Shown piece by piece: positions 63,648 to 64,000 of a stretch of DNA of 64,000 nucleotides. The position numbers and the translations under genes were made by a program. The notes below the pieces were generated by a model. It ran no database searches. It had not been told where the DNA came from and saw only the letters and a list, made by a program, of their open reading frames with translations. Each line of letters opens with the position of its first letter. Position 1 is the stretch's first letter. Source of the stretch: Candidatus Bathyarchaeota archaeon (GTDB lineage: Archaea > Thermoproteota > Bathyarchaeia > Bathyarchaeales > Bathycorpusculaceae); assembly GCA_963780185.1 (NCBI GenBank), contig CAWABA010000001.1, positions 96,001 to 160,000 of the forward strand, read 5' to 3'.

Positions 63648-64000
63648 GTGCCGAGGCCTTATGGGCAAGGCGACGACTCAAGTAAAAGTAAGTTTGAATT
63701 CTCGGGTGGTTCTGGCTCGATTGATATGCGTAATTTAGACGAGGAAGGCTACACTGGAGAAGCACTTGAAGACGAAACCGACGAGGAAGAAAACATGCAA
63801 CCTTCAAGTGGACCCCAATCGCCAATAGCAGGCAAAATGTCAGGCTCCAAGGAGGAACTGGATAGACTTCAAGCCTCAGAGGGAAACGACCAAGTCCGCG
63901 AATGCCTCGACGACTGCATAGAATGCTACAAAACCTGCTCTGAAACCTTAACGAAATGCCTGACGATGGGCGGAGAACACGCCAAACTTGAACACCTAAA
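63648..64000 (+). CDS. Cys-rich four-helix-bundle copper storage (Csp/DUF326-like) protein with acidic N-terminal extension; 3'-truncated, not in ORF track
   Basis: RBS aggaggtga then GTG 63648; ...ECLDDCIECYKTCSETLTKCLTMGGEHA; open to window end. Confidence 0.7.
   Translation, partial: MPRPYGQGDDSSKSKFEFSGGSGSIDMRNLDEEGYTGEALEDETDEEENMQPSSGPQSPIAGKMSGSKEELDRLQASEGNDQVRECLDDCIECYKTCSETLTKCLTMGGEHAKLEHL

Noticed and set aside
2906-63825. Numerous 60-190 aa antisense or alternate-frame ORFs in the track
   Set aside because: They are shadows of well-supported genes and carry no motifs of their own.
1-64000. Programmed frameshifting or mass pseudogenisation as the cause of the many split genes
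   Set aside because: Single-base shifts hit unrelated housekeeping genes (ecfA, ecfT, nfo, cobT), often at short homopolymers, and in-frame stops are not apparent. Long-read indel error is the simplest explanation.

Overview
Archaeal chromosomal window, most likely Bathyarchaeia (inferred from PQQ-propeller and NosD surface proteins, the pfdB-DUF3194-DHH order, archaeal CobY/CobT, a tetraether synthase, and TATA/oligo-T signals). Many genes carry single-base frameshifts, which look like long-read indel errors. The core (about 4.8-48 kb) is a mosaic cluster. It holds six B12-binding radical SAM paralogs, three DUF71/Dph6-like ATP pyrophosphatases, and cobamide nucleotide-loop genes (cbiB, cobD, cobT, two cobS, two cobY, one set with altered motifs). 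It also holds an epimerase-DGGGP synthase-tetraether synthase (Tes) operon divergent from cobS-cobY-rSAM/SPASM-DUF362, and five glycosyltransferases. This is the best candidate for an undescribed system: cobamide-coupled lipid or glycolipid tailoring, or a non-standard cobamide pathway. Also present: a two-copy hairpin/GT-skewed dispersed element, an integration scar duplicating the 3' end of nfo around a structured ~115-nt element, an HTH-HTH-GIY-YIG gene, two toxin-antitoxin pairs, catalase, an ECF module, and a GH130/GT4 carbohydrate cluster. No rRNA, tRNA or CRISPR array was seen. All calls come from motif reading by eye; no database searches were run.
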